Shown: positions 1 through 13,117 of the stretch, piece by piece
Numbering within the stretch: the first letter of the stretch is position 1
Layout of the letters: every line of letters begins with the position of its first letter
Assembly (NCBI RefSeq): GCF_964213995.1
Contig: NC_135830.1
Span: 7,254,001-7,318,000, forward strand
Direction: 5' to 3'
Length of the DNA stretch: 64,000 nucleotides
DNA from: Mustelus asterias
Taxonomy: Eukaryota
Notes under the pieces: generated by a model
The model's input: the letters and a program-made list of their open reading frames with translations, nothing else
Told to the model about the DNA's origin: nothing
The model's database searches: none
Translations under genes and position numbers: made by a program

Positions 1-189
1 CAAAACATTTGACTTTTCCTCAGAATGAAAGAGAGGGCGAATGAGCTGGATATTAAACTGTAAATGGGAGAAATTGCAACACATTGTAGGAACATTGAAA
101 ACAAAAGACAGACAGCCTGTGGCAGAGGGATGGGGAAATTAAGGGTTTTTGTACTGAGACAACAAAAGTATGGGACATTGAACAAAAAG

Positions 190-950
190 AGAGGTTTAAG
201 ATGGAGGAGAAAAGTGACAGTTTAAATTTGTTAAAGTCAATGTCGAGTCCTCAGGCATGTAATAAGCGTAAATGGATGATGCGGTGCTGTCCTTCCAGCT
301 TGCACTCGGCTTCACTAGATCATGGCAGCAGGCCCAGGCAGGGCATGTGAGCATGAGAACAAGCTAGTGAGACAAAATGTCTTGCAAATTAAGTTGCGTG
401 GGAAAGCTTCCGGGAGTTAGGCATCATGGAGAACTGGATTAAAGTGTTACGGAGGTAGCCGTCCTTTGGAATTCAGAGAGGGGTAAAGAGAATATCTGTG
501 ATCGGCCAAAAGGGAAGATGAGGTGCTGTTCCTCCAGTTTGCACTGGGCTTCACTGAATCATGGGTGCTCAGCCGAAAACAGTTAAAGGCCAGAAGACAA
601 GAGGACAACGCCGCCAGCCTTGTCAGCAGTTGCGACCCCAAGGGCAAATTTGAATCTACGAGGACGAGTGCAGGAAGTCTAGAAGGAGACATTTTAGTGT
701 GGGTGAAGGGGACAGGAAAATTGAGCTGGCCAGTGCCGTGCTGACAGTTTTCAATGAAAGGATGAACAGCAGGTAGGAGATCAGAATGTGGGGCGCAAGT
801 TGTGGGAGAAAAAATGACGGCACGTGAAAATATCAGTCGAACCGGCTAAGGGCTCCTGCCCAAGGAATTGAGAATGGAAAGGGAGGTAACCGAAGAAAAT
901 TTGAGCATTGTATAGAGCCCGAAATGAATTGTGGTGAGGAGGGAAGACGA
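190..950 (-). mobile_element. Degenerate Penelope-like retroelement fragments (approximate bounds)
   Basis: Two related degenerate blocks (about 280-370 and 500-600, 'gtgctgt(c/t)c(c/t)tccag(c/t)ttgcact(c/g)ggcttcact') resembling the reverse complement of a PLE GIY-YIG 3' region; no open frame. Confidence 0.35.
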
Positions 951-1713
951 CTTACTGAGTCATTGTCTGAATGCTTTCTACTTTATATCCATTCAAGGGC
1001 ATATACGCATCTTATTTTAAATGCAACCGACTTTTCAGGATCCACTGCCGATCAGCAAGGATGTTATCAAATCCTGCAGTCAGAATCGAAATAAAATGTT
1101 TCTCCACCACACGCACGCTAAAGTCTGCCGATTACCTTGAACCAATGAAAGCTGTTTATTCGCTTCTCTGATAACTATTATTCCCAGTGCTTCAATCGAA
1201 ACCTCATTACTATGTACATTTGAATGTCATCTCGCAAAATCAACCTGGATTCAAGTTGATATTTTTAATTCACATAAATCGATGACAATTCCTGGGAATA
1301 GTTATTCATTCTGTCAAAATTCCAGAGCGTTTTTGTTTTAACCTTGCTTATATCCTCAGTGTTCTGATAGCCAGCCCCTCTCTACCATAACTAATCCCTT
1401 GAATAATTTCGCAGCAGCGAACTTGATGACTATATATGTTGTTATCTTCAACAATTTTAAACAGTTTAAAGAAAGCATTCATCAGAATTTCATCATTTAA
1501 GCTCTGGTAGCCACTGGCTTCTATGCAATTCACGTCTTCCAGCAATAGATATGCTTCTGAGGATGAATGCTCAGATCTTAGTATAGCTTCCCATACGGCT
1601 TCAACCACTGTTTCTCAGACTATAGTACAACGTCAATCCTTCTACAATAAATGATTCCTCTGCATATTGCTTAGTTTTCAGTGAGATAACAAAAAACATT
1701 GTCAACACTTTAC

Positions 1714-1783
1714 CTGGAACAGCGATGACTGCAAGTGCAGTGTAGAAAACAGCATATGCAGGACCTCTTGGTGGGGTATGCAT
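1714..1783 (-). CDS. GPR139/GPR142-like orphan GPCR, copy A, coding exon 1 only (exon 2 not seen; presumably left of the window)
   Basis: Minus strand ATG CAT ACC CCA...GTT CCA G|GTAAAG encodes MHTPPRGPAYAVFYTALAVIAVP. It is 70 nt with a phase-1 donor, the same length as and clearly paralogous to exon 1 of copy B (MHAPPRGLIYAIYYTSLAAIAVP). Confidence 0.8.
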
Positions 1784-2144
1784 TTTATGTGAGCAGTCGA
1801 GATGTCCGTTTGAGAATTCTGAAAGCGTTCTGTGCAAAATTCAATGCACCCATTTTCATATGTGTTGCCAATCCCCCAGAGACACACTTAGATTATCTCA
1901 TCGTTGACGTTAACTGCACTAATTGAACAATTTCATTCGGTTACATCACCACTTTTGATATTTACAGTCATTAAACAAATTGATATAATTACATCATCAT
2001 CAATATTAGTTACATTTATGAAGACATTGAGCTCGATCCAAAGGCAATAAAATAATCTATTTCAATAATTATTGCCATTATTTTCTCGTTTTATTGTCCG
2101 TCCAATGGAATGAATAAAATATGTTTTTCTCAACGTTATGGCAA

Positions 2145-2385
2145 AGTTGTATGCCATGTGTGGAGTTTGCAAGTTCTCCCCACATCTGTCGGGGTTTCCT
2201 CCGCGTGCTCCGGTTTCCTCTCATAGTCCGAACGATGTGCTGGTTAGGTGCACTGGTCATGCGAAATTCTTCATCAATGTACCCAAACAGGCACCTGAGT
2301 GTGGTGACTAAGGGATTTTCAGAGAAACTCCATTGCTAATGCAAGCCGACTTGTGAATAATAAATGAACTTCAAACTTTACTTTA
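2145..2385 (+). mobile_element. HE1-like shark SINE (partial)
   Basis: Core 'tgtggagtttgcaagttctcccc...gggtttcctccgcgtgctccggtttcctc' shared with the copies at 43170, 47915 and 52590. Confidence 0.65.
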
Positions 2386-2389
2386 AACC

Positions 2390-3960
2390 GTGATAAATCC
2401 CATCCGGCCCAGCGGACTTGTCTAACGTAATGCAGTTTAGGATTCTCAACATTTCCTCCTTCGATATATTGGCATTCTCGAGAGTGTTCGCACATCTCTC
2501 CCTGACCTCAACATCTATCATGGCCTTCTCAGTGTTGAATACAGACACAAAGTACTTATGAAAGATCTCACCGAATTCATGTGGCTACACACATTACTTC
2601 CCATCACTGTCGATGATATTTTTCATTCAGTTCATGGGACATGGGCGTCGCTGGCTGGCCAGCATTTGTTGCCTATCCCTAATGACCCTTGACAGAGGGC
2701 AATTGAGTGTCAATCACATTGCCATGGTTCCTGAGTCGCATGCAGGCAAGACCAGGTAAAGAAGGCAGACTTCCATCCCTAAAGGATATTCGTGGTCAAG
2801 TTGGATTTTCCCGACAACCGACAATGTTTTCATGGTCATCAGTAAATTTCTTAATTCCAGATTTTTTGTTTATGAATTCAAATTCCGCTATGTGTCCTCA
2901 GTACACTGGCTGAGTTTCTGGATTAATAGTCTAGCAATAATACCACCAGCTATTGTTGCCTCACCGTGGAACTACTCTATTCTTGCTACCCTTTTGCTCA
3001 TCTTACATGCATAAAAACCTTGGGATTCCTCTTGTTCCTATTTGCTAAATACATTTCATGGCCCCGTTAGCCCTCCTGATTCCACGTTTAAGTTCCTTCC
3101 TATTTTCACTATATTCCTCAAGATCAGTTTTTAACTGCCGAGATCTACCGTATGCTTCTTTTTTTCCTGTTAACAAACTTTACAATTTCCCTTGTTATCC
3201 ATGTTACTCGAATCCCTCCACTTCTAACCTTCATTTTTGTGGGCACATTCCTCTTTTGTACCTCAATCATCCATCCTTTAAAAGCGTCCCACATGTGCAG
3301 ACGTGTATTTGCCCTGAAAGAGCCGCTGTCACTCAACATTCCTCAGTTACTGTCTAATTTGGATGTAATTGGTCCTCGGCCAATCAACTAACCTCACCAG
3401 AGGGCCACTCTTGCCTGATTCATGACGACCCGAAGTCTTATTCAATTATGTTCGCTGAGCCCAAAATGCTCCCCCACTGAAACATCCATTACCTGGTCCG
3501 GCTCATTCCCCAATATTTTGGCCGCTCCTTGGTTAGACTATCAACATATTGTGTCAAAAAAGCCCTCTCGGACAGTTTTAACAGATTTCTCTCCATCCGT
3601 GCCGCTGGCTGTAAATGAGTCCCAGTCAATATGAGGGAAGTTGAAGTCACCCACCACAACTACCCTGTTTTTTTTTCAAACGTTTCAAGTATCTGACTAC
3701 ACAACTGCTCCTCTTTCGCCTGTGGTTTGTTGCGATGTCTATAGTACAATCCCAACTTTGTGCTTTCACCCTTTCTATTCCTGAGGTCCAAATATAATGC
3801 TTCATTACAAGATCCCTCCAATGTGTCCACGCTCAATACTACTATGATGTGCTCCCTAATCAGCAATGCAACTTCCCCTCCACTTTCCTTTCCACTTCTT
3901 TCCAGTTCTAAAACAACGATATCCTGGAATGTTAAACTGCTGTCCGTGTCCCTCCTTTGC
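2390..3960 (-). mobile_element. Old CR1/HER1 LINE fragment (endonuclease to linker region) with an internal insertion
   Basis: Minus-strand peptides such as GGEVALLIREHI, LYLDLRNRKGESTKLGLYYR and WITREIVKFVNRKK are homologous to the ORF2 at 28902-31468; many frameshifts. Confidence 0.7.
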
Positions 3961-5776
3961 CGCAATTGCAATAACACCACAACGATTGGCTCGGGTCTGG
4001 AACGCCCCGAAGTGTGATGGAGGCAACTTCATTCGACTCATTCATTGAATATTTGAATAACATTTAACGAAGGAACAGAATGGAGCAAGAAATGATGCAT
4101 GTTTGGAGAGTCACTGCAGACGCGATGGGCTGAATGACGACCTTCTACGTTGTAACTATGCTGTGAACATGCCATTAAACAGAATAGAACCAGAGCACAG
4201 AGAGAATATTCAGTCAATCGATCATGTTTAGTTACTCAGCTGCACTATGTTTTACCTCTATTTTAACTCAAGTGTTCCCAAATGCATTATTACTCTTGCT
4301 TTGCTAGCATGTGGTAATCTATGATTTCAAACGTTTTGTTAATTGAGTGATCTTATTTTGCTTGTGAAATAGTTGCCATTAGACAACATTTTGTCCGGAG
4401 AATCATTTGCAATATGACACTGGCTTGGCCCAGCTCTGAGGTCAGTGTTATATTTTCCTCAAACTCTATGAACCAATTTCGCTCTTTCTAGCAAATCAAA
4501 CTATTTCATCATACATACATAGTACACACAGGCAAACATACGAATTGGGAACAGGAGTAGGCCACTCGTCCCCTTGAGACTGCTGCCCAATTCAAGAAGA
4601 TCCTGGTGAATCAAATTGTAACATCAACAACACATTCTTGCCTACCCCAGTAACCTACCTACAATTTGGTAATCAACAACCTATCTAGCTCTGCCTTGAA
4701 AATATACAAAGTATCTGCACCCGTGAGGAAAATAATTCGGAAACTCACGACCCTCTCAGAGGAAACAACAAATCTTTTCATATCTGCCTTAAATTTGTGG
4801 CCACTTCATTTAAATCAGTGACCGCAAGTTCTCGATTCTCTGACAAGAGGAGACATCCTCCCCACATTAAAGTTGTCAGTGAATCTCAGGATGCCACAGG
4901 TTTCAATAAAGTCGCCTCATTCTCCTGAACACTAATGGATACAAAGATAACATATCCGGCCCTTCCTCAAATGCAGCCCATTCTTTGTAGTTGTCTACTA
5001 AAGATTTTTTTCTGAACTGTGATTAATGCATTGACACCTTCCCTTAATTAAGGTGACTAATACTGTAAACCCGAGGTGCCATTTGAACTTAAAATCTAAT
5101 TGTGTTCTTTTGAGAAATGAACCATAAGGGTGAAACCATAATCAGGCAGTAGATGAGGCTAGCCCGTAGCACTTGAGGTATGCTGACGTCTGCGATCGTG
5201 GTTTGCCTAAGATAGGATTAAGAACCAGGGAAGCCAATACGTTTCATCCTGTGCCTTACCTGATGCAATTTTAAAAAGCTATTTCGGCCGTTTGGCTATG
5301 ATGAACTGATAGATCAAGCCCGGGAGGCGGATCCATCGTGTCAGCATGGATTTTGATTGATTGAACCCAAGATGGGATGCACTGACTTGTCTTGTGAGCT
5401 TGGACTTTGTTTGTCCGCCATGGGTGGTGGCGGGGCAATGACTGGATTTAATTTTGAATTGGCTTTTTTGATTAGAATTAAAAGGCCGAGGGAGGAAAAA
5501 AAGCAGGAGACAGCTTGGTGAAGTAACTCGGGAAATTTTAATTACGAATAAGTTACTACTTATCAAAACCAGGCAGTCCTTTAGGAGTGTACAGTTATTT
5601 TAAATTTCTGGTTCAGCATTGGGCGCAGTTTGGCACTCGGTCTCTGTTTACTCCCCGTTATGTCGGCTTTCCTGTCGTCAGGAGGCTTCGCAAACTACAT
5701 TTTCAAACTTGTTCCACACACTGGTCAAGAAAAGCTGCAGCTTTCTACCCCCAGCCACAAACCACAGAGTAATCAT

Positions 5777-6263
5777 AGAACATAGAACAGTACAGCACAG
5801 AACAGGCCCTTCGGCCCACGATGTTGTGCCGAGCTTTATCTGAAACCAAGATCAAGCTATCCCACTCCCTATCATCCTGGTGTGCTCCATGTGCCTATCC
5901 AATAACCGCTTCAATGTTCCTAAAGTGTCTGACTCCACTATCACTGCAGGCAGTCCATTCCACACCCCAACCACTCTCTGCGTAAAGAAGCTACCTCTGA
6001 TATCCTTCCAATATCTCCCACCATGAACCCTATAGTTATGCCCCCTTGTAATAGCTCCATCCACCCGAGGAAATAGTCTTTGAACGTTCACTCTATCTAT
6101 CCCCTTCATCATTTTATAAACCTCTATTAAGTCTCCGCTCAGCCTCCTCCGCTCCAGAGAGAACAGCCCTAGCTCCCTCAACCTTTCCTCATAAGACCTA
6201 CCCTCCAAACCAGGCAGCATCCTGGTAAATCTCCTCTGCACTCTTTCCAGCGCTTCCACATCC
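5777..6263 (-). mobile_element. Young CR1/HER1 LINE, 5'-truncated 3' end
   Basis: ORF2 C-terminus ...ERRRLSGDLIEVYKMMKG...RMIGSGIA* plus 3' UTR and GAACATA tail; near-identical to 8054-8546 and to the 3' end of 28807-31468. Confidence 0.9.
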
Positions 6264-7070
6264 TTAAATCAATGATGTTATTGCCTTCTCCTTCAACTTA
6301 ATGAGGCGAGGTTCAGTCCTGGTTGACTTCGGGTGTGAGCGATCAATCAGTGATGTATTTCTCCAGGCGAATGCTCATTTACTGATGCTAGTTCCCTTTA
6401 ACCCTGACTCCTCTTCGAAAGCATCAATTACCATATGGCTATCCTTCTCAAGAACGCTTGTTTCTATGACTTACTTATTTCTTTCGACGATAAAATAATG
6501 TTTTATAATATATTCGTTGTCCATGTCTTTTTCTTAGGGGAAATATACTTTCAGGCCCTCATGATTATTTACTTGAGCTCTTCATCTCACTTTTCTTGAT
6601 CCGTGTTGAATGATACCCCTATTATTGACTGTTTTATACAGGCATTTGCTGTGTGCTGTTTTCCTCCATGTTGCTAATTGGAGCGAGTTATTTTACTTTT
6701 GGAACAAAGGATAACGTCGTAAGGCTGTTATTAACCTTAAAACTAATGAAGATGATGACAAATGAATAGTAGTTCTGAACAGTATGCAGAGAAGACAGAT
6801 GCGTCGCCATTTTTATAATTTATAATCTATTTCAAATGGGTGAAATGTCTAATTCTTTTTAGTTAAGCCAGCATGTGATGTTTGAGAGCATGAATTAATC
6901 TGTCCCGATGTCAAAACGATGGATATGTGCAAGTATTTCAAAAAAACAAAGAACAAAAAAATTACAGCACAGGAAAAGAACCTTTGTTCCCCCAAGCCTT
7001 CGCCGACCGTGCTACCTGTCTGAACTAAAAAAAACCCCACCTTTCCCTCTATTCCGACCCTACTCATGTA

Positions 7071-8546
7071 AGCCTTTGGCTTTGATCTTTGGGTCCTCAC
7101 TGTCCACGGGGATGGTGCCAAAGGACTGGAGCATGGCGAATGTTGTTCCTCTGTTGAGGAAAGGGAATAGAAATGACCCTGGTAATTAAAGACCGGTTAG
7201 TCTTACTTCGGTGGTTGGTAAATTGATGGAAAAGGTCCTTAGGGATGGGATTTACAAGCATTTAGAAAGATGCGGATTAATCCAGCATAGTCAGCACGGA
7301 TTTGTGAAGGGCAAGTCACCCCTCACAAATTTGATTGAATTTTTTGAGGAGGTAACTAAGTGTGTTGATGAAGGTAGGGCAGTTGATGTCATATGCATGG
7401 ATTTTAGTAAGGCGTTTGATAAGGTCCCCCATGGTCGGCTGATGATGAAAGTGAGGAGGTGTGAGATAGAGGGAAAGTTGGCCGATTGGATAGGGAACTG
7501 GCTGTCTGATCGAAGGTGGTGGATGGAAAATTTTCGGATTGGAGGCAGGTTGCTAGCGGAGTGTCACAGGGATCAGTGCTTGGTCCTCTGCTCTTTGTGA
7601 TTTTTATTAATGACTTAGAGGAGAGGGCTGAAGGGTGGATCAGTAAATTTGCTGATGACACCAAGATTGGTGGAGTAGTGGATGAGGTGGAGGGCTGTTG
7701 TAGGCTGCAAAGAGACATAGATAGGATGCAAAGCTGGGCTGAAAAATGGCAAATGGAGTTTAACCCTGATAAATGTGAGGTGATTCATTTTGGTAGGACA
7801 AATTTAAATGTGGATTACAGGGTCAAAGGTAGGGTTCTGAAGACTGTGGAGGAACAGAGAGATCTTGGCGTACATATCCACAGATCTCTAAAGGTTGCCA
7901 CTCAAGTGGATAGAGCTGTGAAGAAGGGTGTGTTAGCTTTTATTAACAGGGGGTTGGAGCTTAAGAGCCGTGGGGTATGCTGCAACTGTACAGGACCTTG
8001 GTGAGACCACATTTGGAGTATTGTGTGCAGTTCCGGTCACCTCACTATAAGAAGGATGTGGAAGCACTGGAAAGAGTGCAGAGGAGATTTACCAGAATGC
8101 TGCCTGGTTTGAAGGGTAGGTCTTATGAGGAAAGGTTGAGGGAGCTAGGGCTGTTCTCTCTGGAGCGGAGGAGGCTGAGCGGAGACTTAATAGAGGTTTA
8201 TAAAATGATGAAGGGGATAGATAGAGTGAACGTTCAAAGACTATTTCCTCGGGTGGATGGAGCTATTACAAGGGGGCATAACTATAGGGTTCATGGTGGG
8301 AGATACAGGAAGGATATCGGAGGTAGGTTCTCTACGCAGAGAGTGGTTGGGGTGTGGAATGGACTGCCTGCAGTGATAGTGGAGTCAGACACTTTAGGAA
8401 CATTGAAGCGGTTATTGGATAGGCACATGGAGCACACCAGGATGATAGGGAGTGGGATAGCTTGATCTTGGTTTCAGATAAAGCTCGGCACAACATCGTG
8501 GGCCGAAGGGCCTGTTCTGTGCTGTACTGTTCTATGTTCTATGTTC
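7071..8546 (+). mobile_element. Young CR1/HER1 LINE, 5'-truncated (RT domain to tail), frameshifted
   Basis: QHGFVKGK, DFSKAFDKVPH, SGVSQGSVLGPLLF and KFADDTK RT motifs across ORFs 7211, 7516 and 7977; ends in (TTCTATG)n. Confidence 0.92.
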
Positions 8547-8559
8547 TATTTGTCAAAAA

Positions 8560-11420
8560 GACCCTTAAACGTTACTATCATATCTGCTTCCACTACCTCA
8601 CCCAGCAGCGAGTTCCATGCACCAACCACCCGCAGTGCAAAATACTTGCCTCGTTCATCTCCTTTAAGCCCCTCGCACGTTAAGCCTATGCCCCCTTATA
8701 ATTGATTCTTCCACCTGTGACAAAGCTTCTGACTATCCATTCTGTCCATGCCCCGCATCATCTTGTAGACTTCAATCAGGTCGTCCCTCAATCTCCGTCT
8801 TTCCGGTGAGAACAAACCAAATTTCTCAAAGCTCTTCTCACCACTAATGCACTCCATACCAGGCACCATCTGGTGAATCTTCTCTGCATCCTCTCCAATG
8901 CCTCTCCATCCTTCTGGTAGTGTGGACACCAGAATAGAACACTATATTCCAAGAGAGGCCGAACCAAACTTCTCTGAAGCAGCAACATGGCTTGCCAATT
9001 TTTAAACTCAATGCCCCGGCCGATGAAGGCAAACAAACCTCAATTACCTTCTCCACCTGCGTTGCCACTTCCAGTGATCTGTGCACCTGTGCACCCAGAT
9101 CCTTCTGCCTATCAGTACTCTTAAGGGAACAGCCATTTTCTGTATATTTCCCATCTGTATTAAAGCTTCCAAAATGCATTACCTCACAATTGTCAGGATT
9201 AGACTCCAGCTGCCATCTCCCCACCCAAGTCTCCAACTGATAGGGATGGGGGAGTCTAAAACTAGAGGGCATAGATTTAAGGTGAGAGGGGAGAGATACA
9301 AAAGAGTCCAGAGGGGCAATTTCTTCATACAGTAGGCCGTGAGTGTCTGGAACAAGCTGCCAGAGGTAGTAGTAGAGGCGGATACAATTATGTCCGTTAA
9401 AAAACATTTAGACAGTTACATGGGTACGATGGGTATAGAGGGTTATGGGCCAAATGCGGGCAATTGGGATTAGTTTAGGGGTTTAAAAAAAAGGCGGCAT
9501 GGACGAGTTGGGCCGAAGGGCCTGTTTCCATGCTGTAAACCTCTATGACTCTATGGCTCTATGATCTCTATCCTGTTGTATCCTTTTACGTTCCTCATCG
9601 CTATCCACAATTCCACCAAACTTCATGTTTCCACAAACTTACTAATTAAACCAGTTACATTTTCCTCCAAATAATTTCCATAAATATATTACAAACAGCA
9701 ACTCCCAGCATTGATCCTTGAGGAATGTCAATCGTGACAACTCTCCATTCAGAAACGCACCGTTGCACTACTATCCTCTGTCATCTATGACCGAACCAGT
9801 ACTCCATCCATCTTGCCTGCTCACCTCTGATCTTGTGCGACTTCACCTTCTGTACTAGTCTGCCATGAAGGCCATTGTCAAAGGCCTTGCTAAAGTCTAT
9901 GTAGACAACGTCCACTGTCCTGCCCTCGTCAATCATCTTCGTCAATTCCTCGAAAAACTAGATCAAGTTCGTGAGATACGATTTCCCATTCACACAACTT
10001 TGTTGCCTATCGCGAATGTGTCCATGTATTGGCAAGTGGAAGGAAATCCTGTCTCGAAGAAACCTCTCGAATAATTTCGTTTGCACTGACGTAAGACTCA
10101 CCGGCCTGCCATTACCTTGATTAACCTTGCCTTCTTAAACAAGTGAACAACATTTGCTATTCGCCAATCCTCTGGAACCTTCCCTGCCGCCAGTGAGGAT
10201 GCAAATATATCTCTCCAGGCCCCAACAATTTCCTCTCTTGCCTCTCTCAGTATCCTGGGGTATATCCCATCAGACCCTGGAGACTTTCCTACATTAATGT
10301 TTTCCCAGACCCCCAATACCTCCACCTTGTTGATCTCAACATGACCCAAACTATGGACACGCTTTCCCAGACTCATCATCCACCAATCCTTCTCTTCAGT
10401 GAATATAAATGTAAAGTACTCACTTATTAACTCACCCATTTCGTCTGGCGACACGCATAGTTTCTCTCCCCTGTGCTTGAGTGGACGAACACTCTCCATG
10501 GCCATGTTCTTGCTCCTTATATATTTATAAAACGCCTTCGAATTTTCCTGAATCCTGCCGACCAATGACTGTTCATGACCTATTTTTGCCCTCCTGAATC
10601 CTTGTTTAAGTTTATTTCTACTCTCCTCGTATTCCATATTGTTCTGTTTGCTGCCAGCCTTCTAGCCTTGACACAATGCTTCTTTTTTTTTTTCTTTTGA
10701 GTCAACTCCCAATATCTCCAGTTGTTCAAGGTTCCCGAAAAATGCCTACACGTTCTTCATCCTTACAGGAACGTGCTGGTCCTGAATTCCTTTCAACTTA
10801 CAGATGAAAGCCTCCCACATGCCAGACGTTCATTTGCCCTCAAGCATCTGCCACCAATCTACATTGTTCAGTTCCTGCCTAATATTATTGTAATTAGCCT
10901 TGCCCCAAATTAGCACCTCCACCTGAAGACTACACTTAACTTCTCCCATTAGTACCTTAATACTTACTGAATTGTGATCATTTCCAGAATTTCTGCCGTA
11001 CTGAATACCACGTCCAGTACGGCCCCTTTCCGAGTTGGACTGTCTACACACTGATTCCATAAGCCCTCCTGGACGCTCCTTACTAGCTCTGCCCCATACA
11101 CGCCCCAAGCACTGAGTACCAGTCAATATAGGTGAAGTTAAAATCACACACCACAACAATCCTGTAACTTGTACATCTTGCCCAAAATCTGCCGACGTAG
11201 CTGTTCCTCTATCTCCCGCTGGCTGTATGGGAAACCTCCAACATTGTGACTACTCGCTTCTTATTCCTGAACTCGTACCCATATCTCCTCGCTGAATGAG
11301 CAGACAGAGGTGTCCTCCCACAGTACAGCTGCTATATCTCCTTAACCAGTCGTGCAACACCCCTACCCCATTTACATCCCCCTCTATCCCGCCTGAAACA
11401 TCTGTACCCTGGAACGTTAA
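8560..11420 (-). mobile_element. Older CR1 LINE (fragmented ORF2) with a nested + strand CR1 3' end at about 9241-9565
   Basis: Minus ORFs KSPGSDGIYPRILRE, WGKANYNNIRQEL and RRRLRDDLIEVYKMMRG; nested fragment ESKTRGHRFKVRGERYK with a (CTCTATG) tail. Confidence 0.8.
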
Positions 11421-11998
11421 GCTACCTGCCGTTAATTTAAAGTATAATTATCAATTACCTTTTGTTGGGAGAACGGTATTGCCATGAGATGTTTTTGATA
11501 TATTTACAAGTGCTTGGCATAACTTAATTAAAAATGCAACAAATCTTTACAAAGTTGCATAGAATCTAGGGAAAATGCAGATAAAATCAGTGCATGGGTA
11601 TGATTGGTGTGTGAAATACAATGCGACACATTCAAATATTACATATTCCTCAGTGTAAATAATGTAAAGGCCAATACATTTCCAGAAGCTATTTACGGAT
11701 CTCTATTGTATACTTAAAGAATCAAAGGATTTCACAGCACAAGTTAAACTGCACTGATTCTATGCTGATTGTTGTAACATTTGTTTTCTTTGTGCAACGT
11801 TTTTTGATTTCAGGGAACACAGCTGATCGATTATAATTGTTGGGGATGGTCTCACACCTCTAAATGTTCAACTTCGATATCTGGCATCACTGGCATCAGG
11901 GCTCGATATTCATTAAACTTTGGCAAGTGTAAGTGTGCTGCAATAATGATTAGGCCACGTAATGAGTTAGTATCCGAGGATTGCAAATAAAATTAACT

Positions 11999-12026
11999 CT
12001 GACGAAGAGTCATGCATACTCGAAAC
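11999..12026 (+). ncRNA. Minimal hammerhead-ribozyme-like core (Penelope-type) in a PLE-derived repeat
   Basis: CTGACGA-A-GAGT-catgcat-ACTC-GAAAC: both conserved core boxes with a 4-bp stem II. Stems I and III not verified. Confidence 0.45.
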
Positions 12027-13047
12027 ATTAGCTTTGTTCTCTCTGCACAAATGCTGTTAGACATGCTGAGATTTACCAGCAGTTTCTGTTTTCGTTGCAG
12101 ATTCCAGGTTCTGCAGTAAGTTGCTTTCATATAATATTATTGGGCTGATATACTACAATTATCTGAATAAACCCAAAACTAAACTACCAACGAATTATGA
12201 ATAATTGCCCCTTATTATTAACCCATTGGCCTGTCATGAGGTGAACCAGCAAAGTTTAAAGTTTCTAGGACCACTGATCTCAACAGAAAATGGGAATTTA
12301 TCACTTAAGCCTGTATCAATGGTGATCGGGTACTGTGCCAGGTCATCTTAAAATAAAGGGATAATTTTGGGCGTATGAGTGTTGTTGAAGTAGCCGGTGA
12401 AGCAGTCTTCGTAAATGTAACGCCAATTCCTGCATGTTCGTGTGGAGGGATTTGCAGTGATCTGGGCTGTCGGTAGCATTGGCATCGCTGCTTTCTATAC
12501 CTAGGTCTCATGCTATTGTAGGTTTCGGGCTTTATTCCTATGTTTATTTCTCGCCGTTCGCAATTACTGGCTTCAGAGTGTACCGAGGCAGAATACGTTG
12601 ATATGGGGTTGGAATCAAATATATGCCATATCGGGGCAGGATGGCAGGTTTCCTTCCATAAACAAGATAACGTTCCCCTTCACAACATTTTGATATCCAT
12701 GTTTATTCATCCTATTGCATTAGCGGTGAAAGGAAGTCAACTGAACTGCCTTGTGTGGCCTCCTCCTGTTCTTATCTTCTATGTTTCTAAGTTTCTATGT
12801 TTCTATGTTTGTTCAGTGACTGTTACTAACATTAATGGTGATGCAAGATAAGCTAAATTTTTAGTGTTTGCATGTAATAAAAATAATGAGTCATACGACT
12901 TGTCTGTTCAATGAGTGTAACTAACGTGAGCGATTATGTTTCTAATTTTGTCTCTGAGGTTTCTCTCAGCTGTCATAAAAAGCTCGTTTGTGTATTGGGC
13001 GGAGCAAATTTGGATTTCGAACAGGAAACAGTTGCATTTCCCAGAAA

Positions 13048-13117
13048 ATGCATGCACCACCCAGAGGTCTCATCTATGCCATTTACTACACTTCTCTTGC
13101 AGCTATTGCTGTCCCAG
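13048..13117 (+). CDS. GPR139/GPR142-like orphan GPCR, copy B, exon 1
   Basis: ATG CAT GCA CCA...GTC CCA G|GTATAG encodes MHAPPRGLIYAIYYTSLAAIAVP; the phase-1 donor joins in frame to the acceptor at 18921 (P-V-N-I-V-T-I-V-I-L), completing TM1. Confidence 0.85.
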
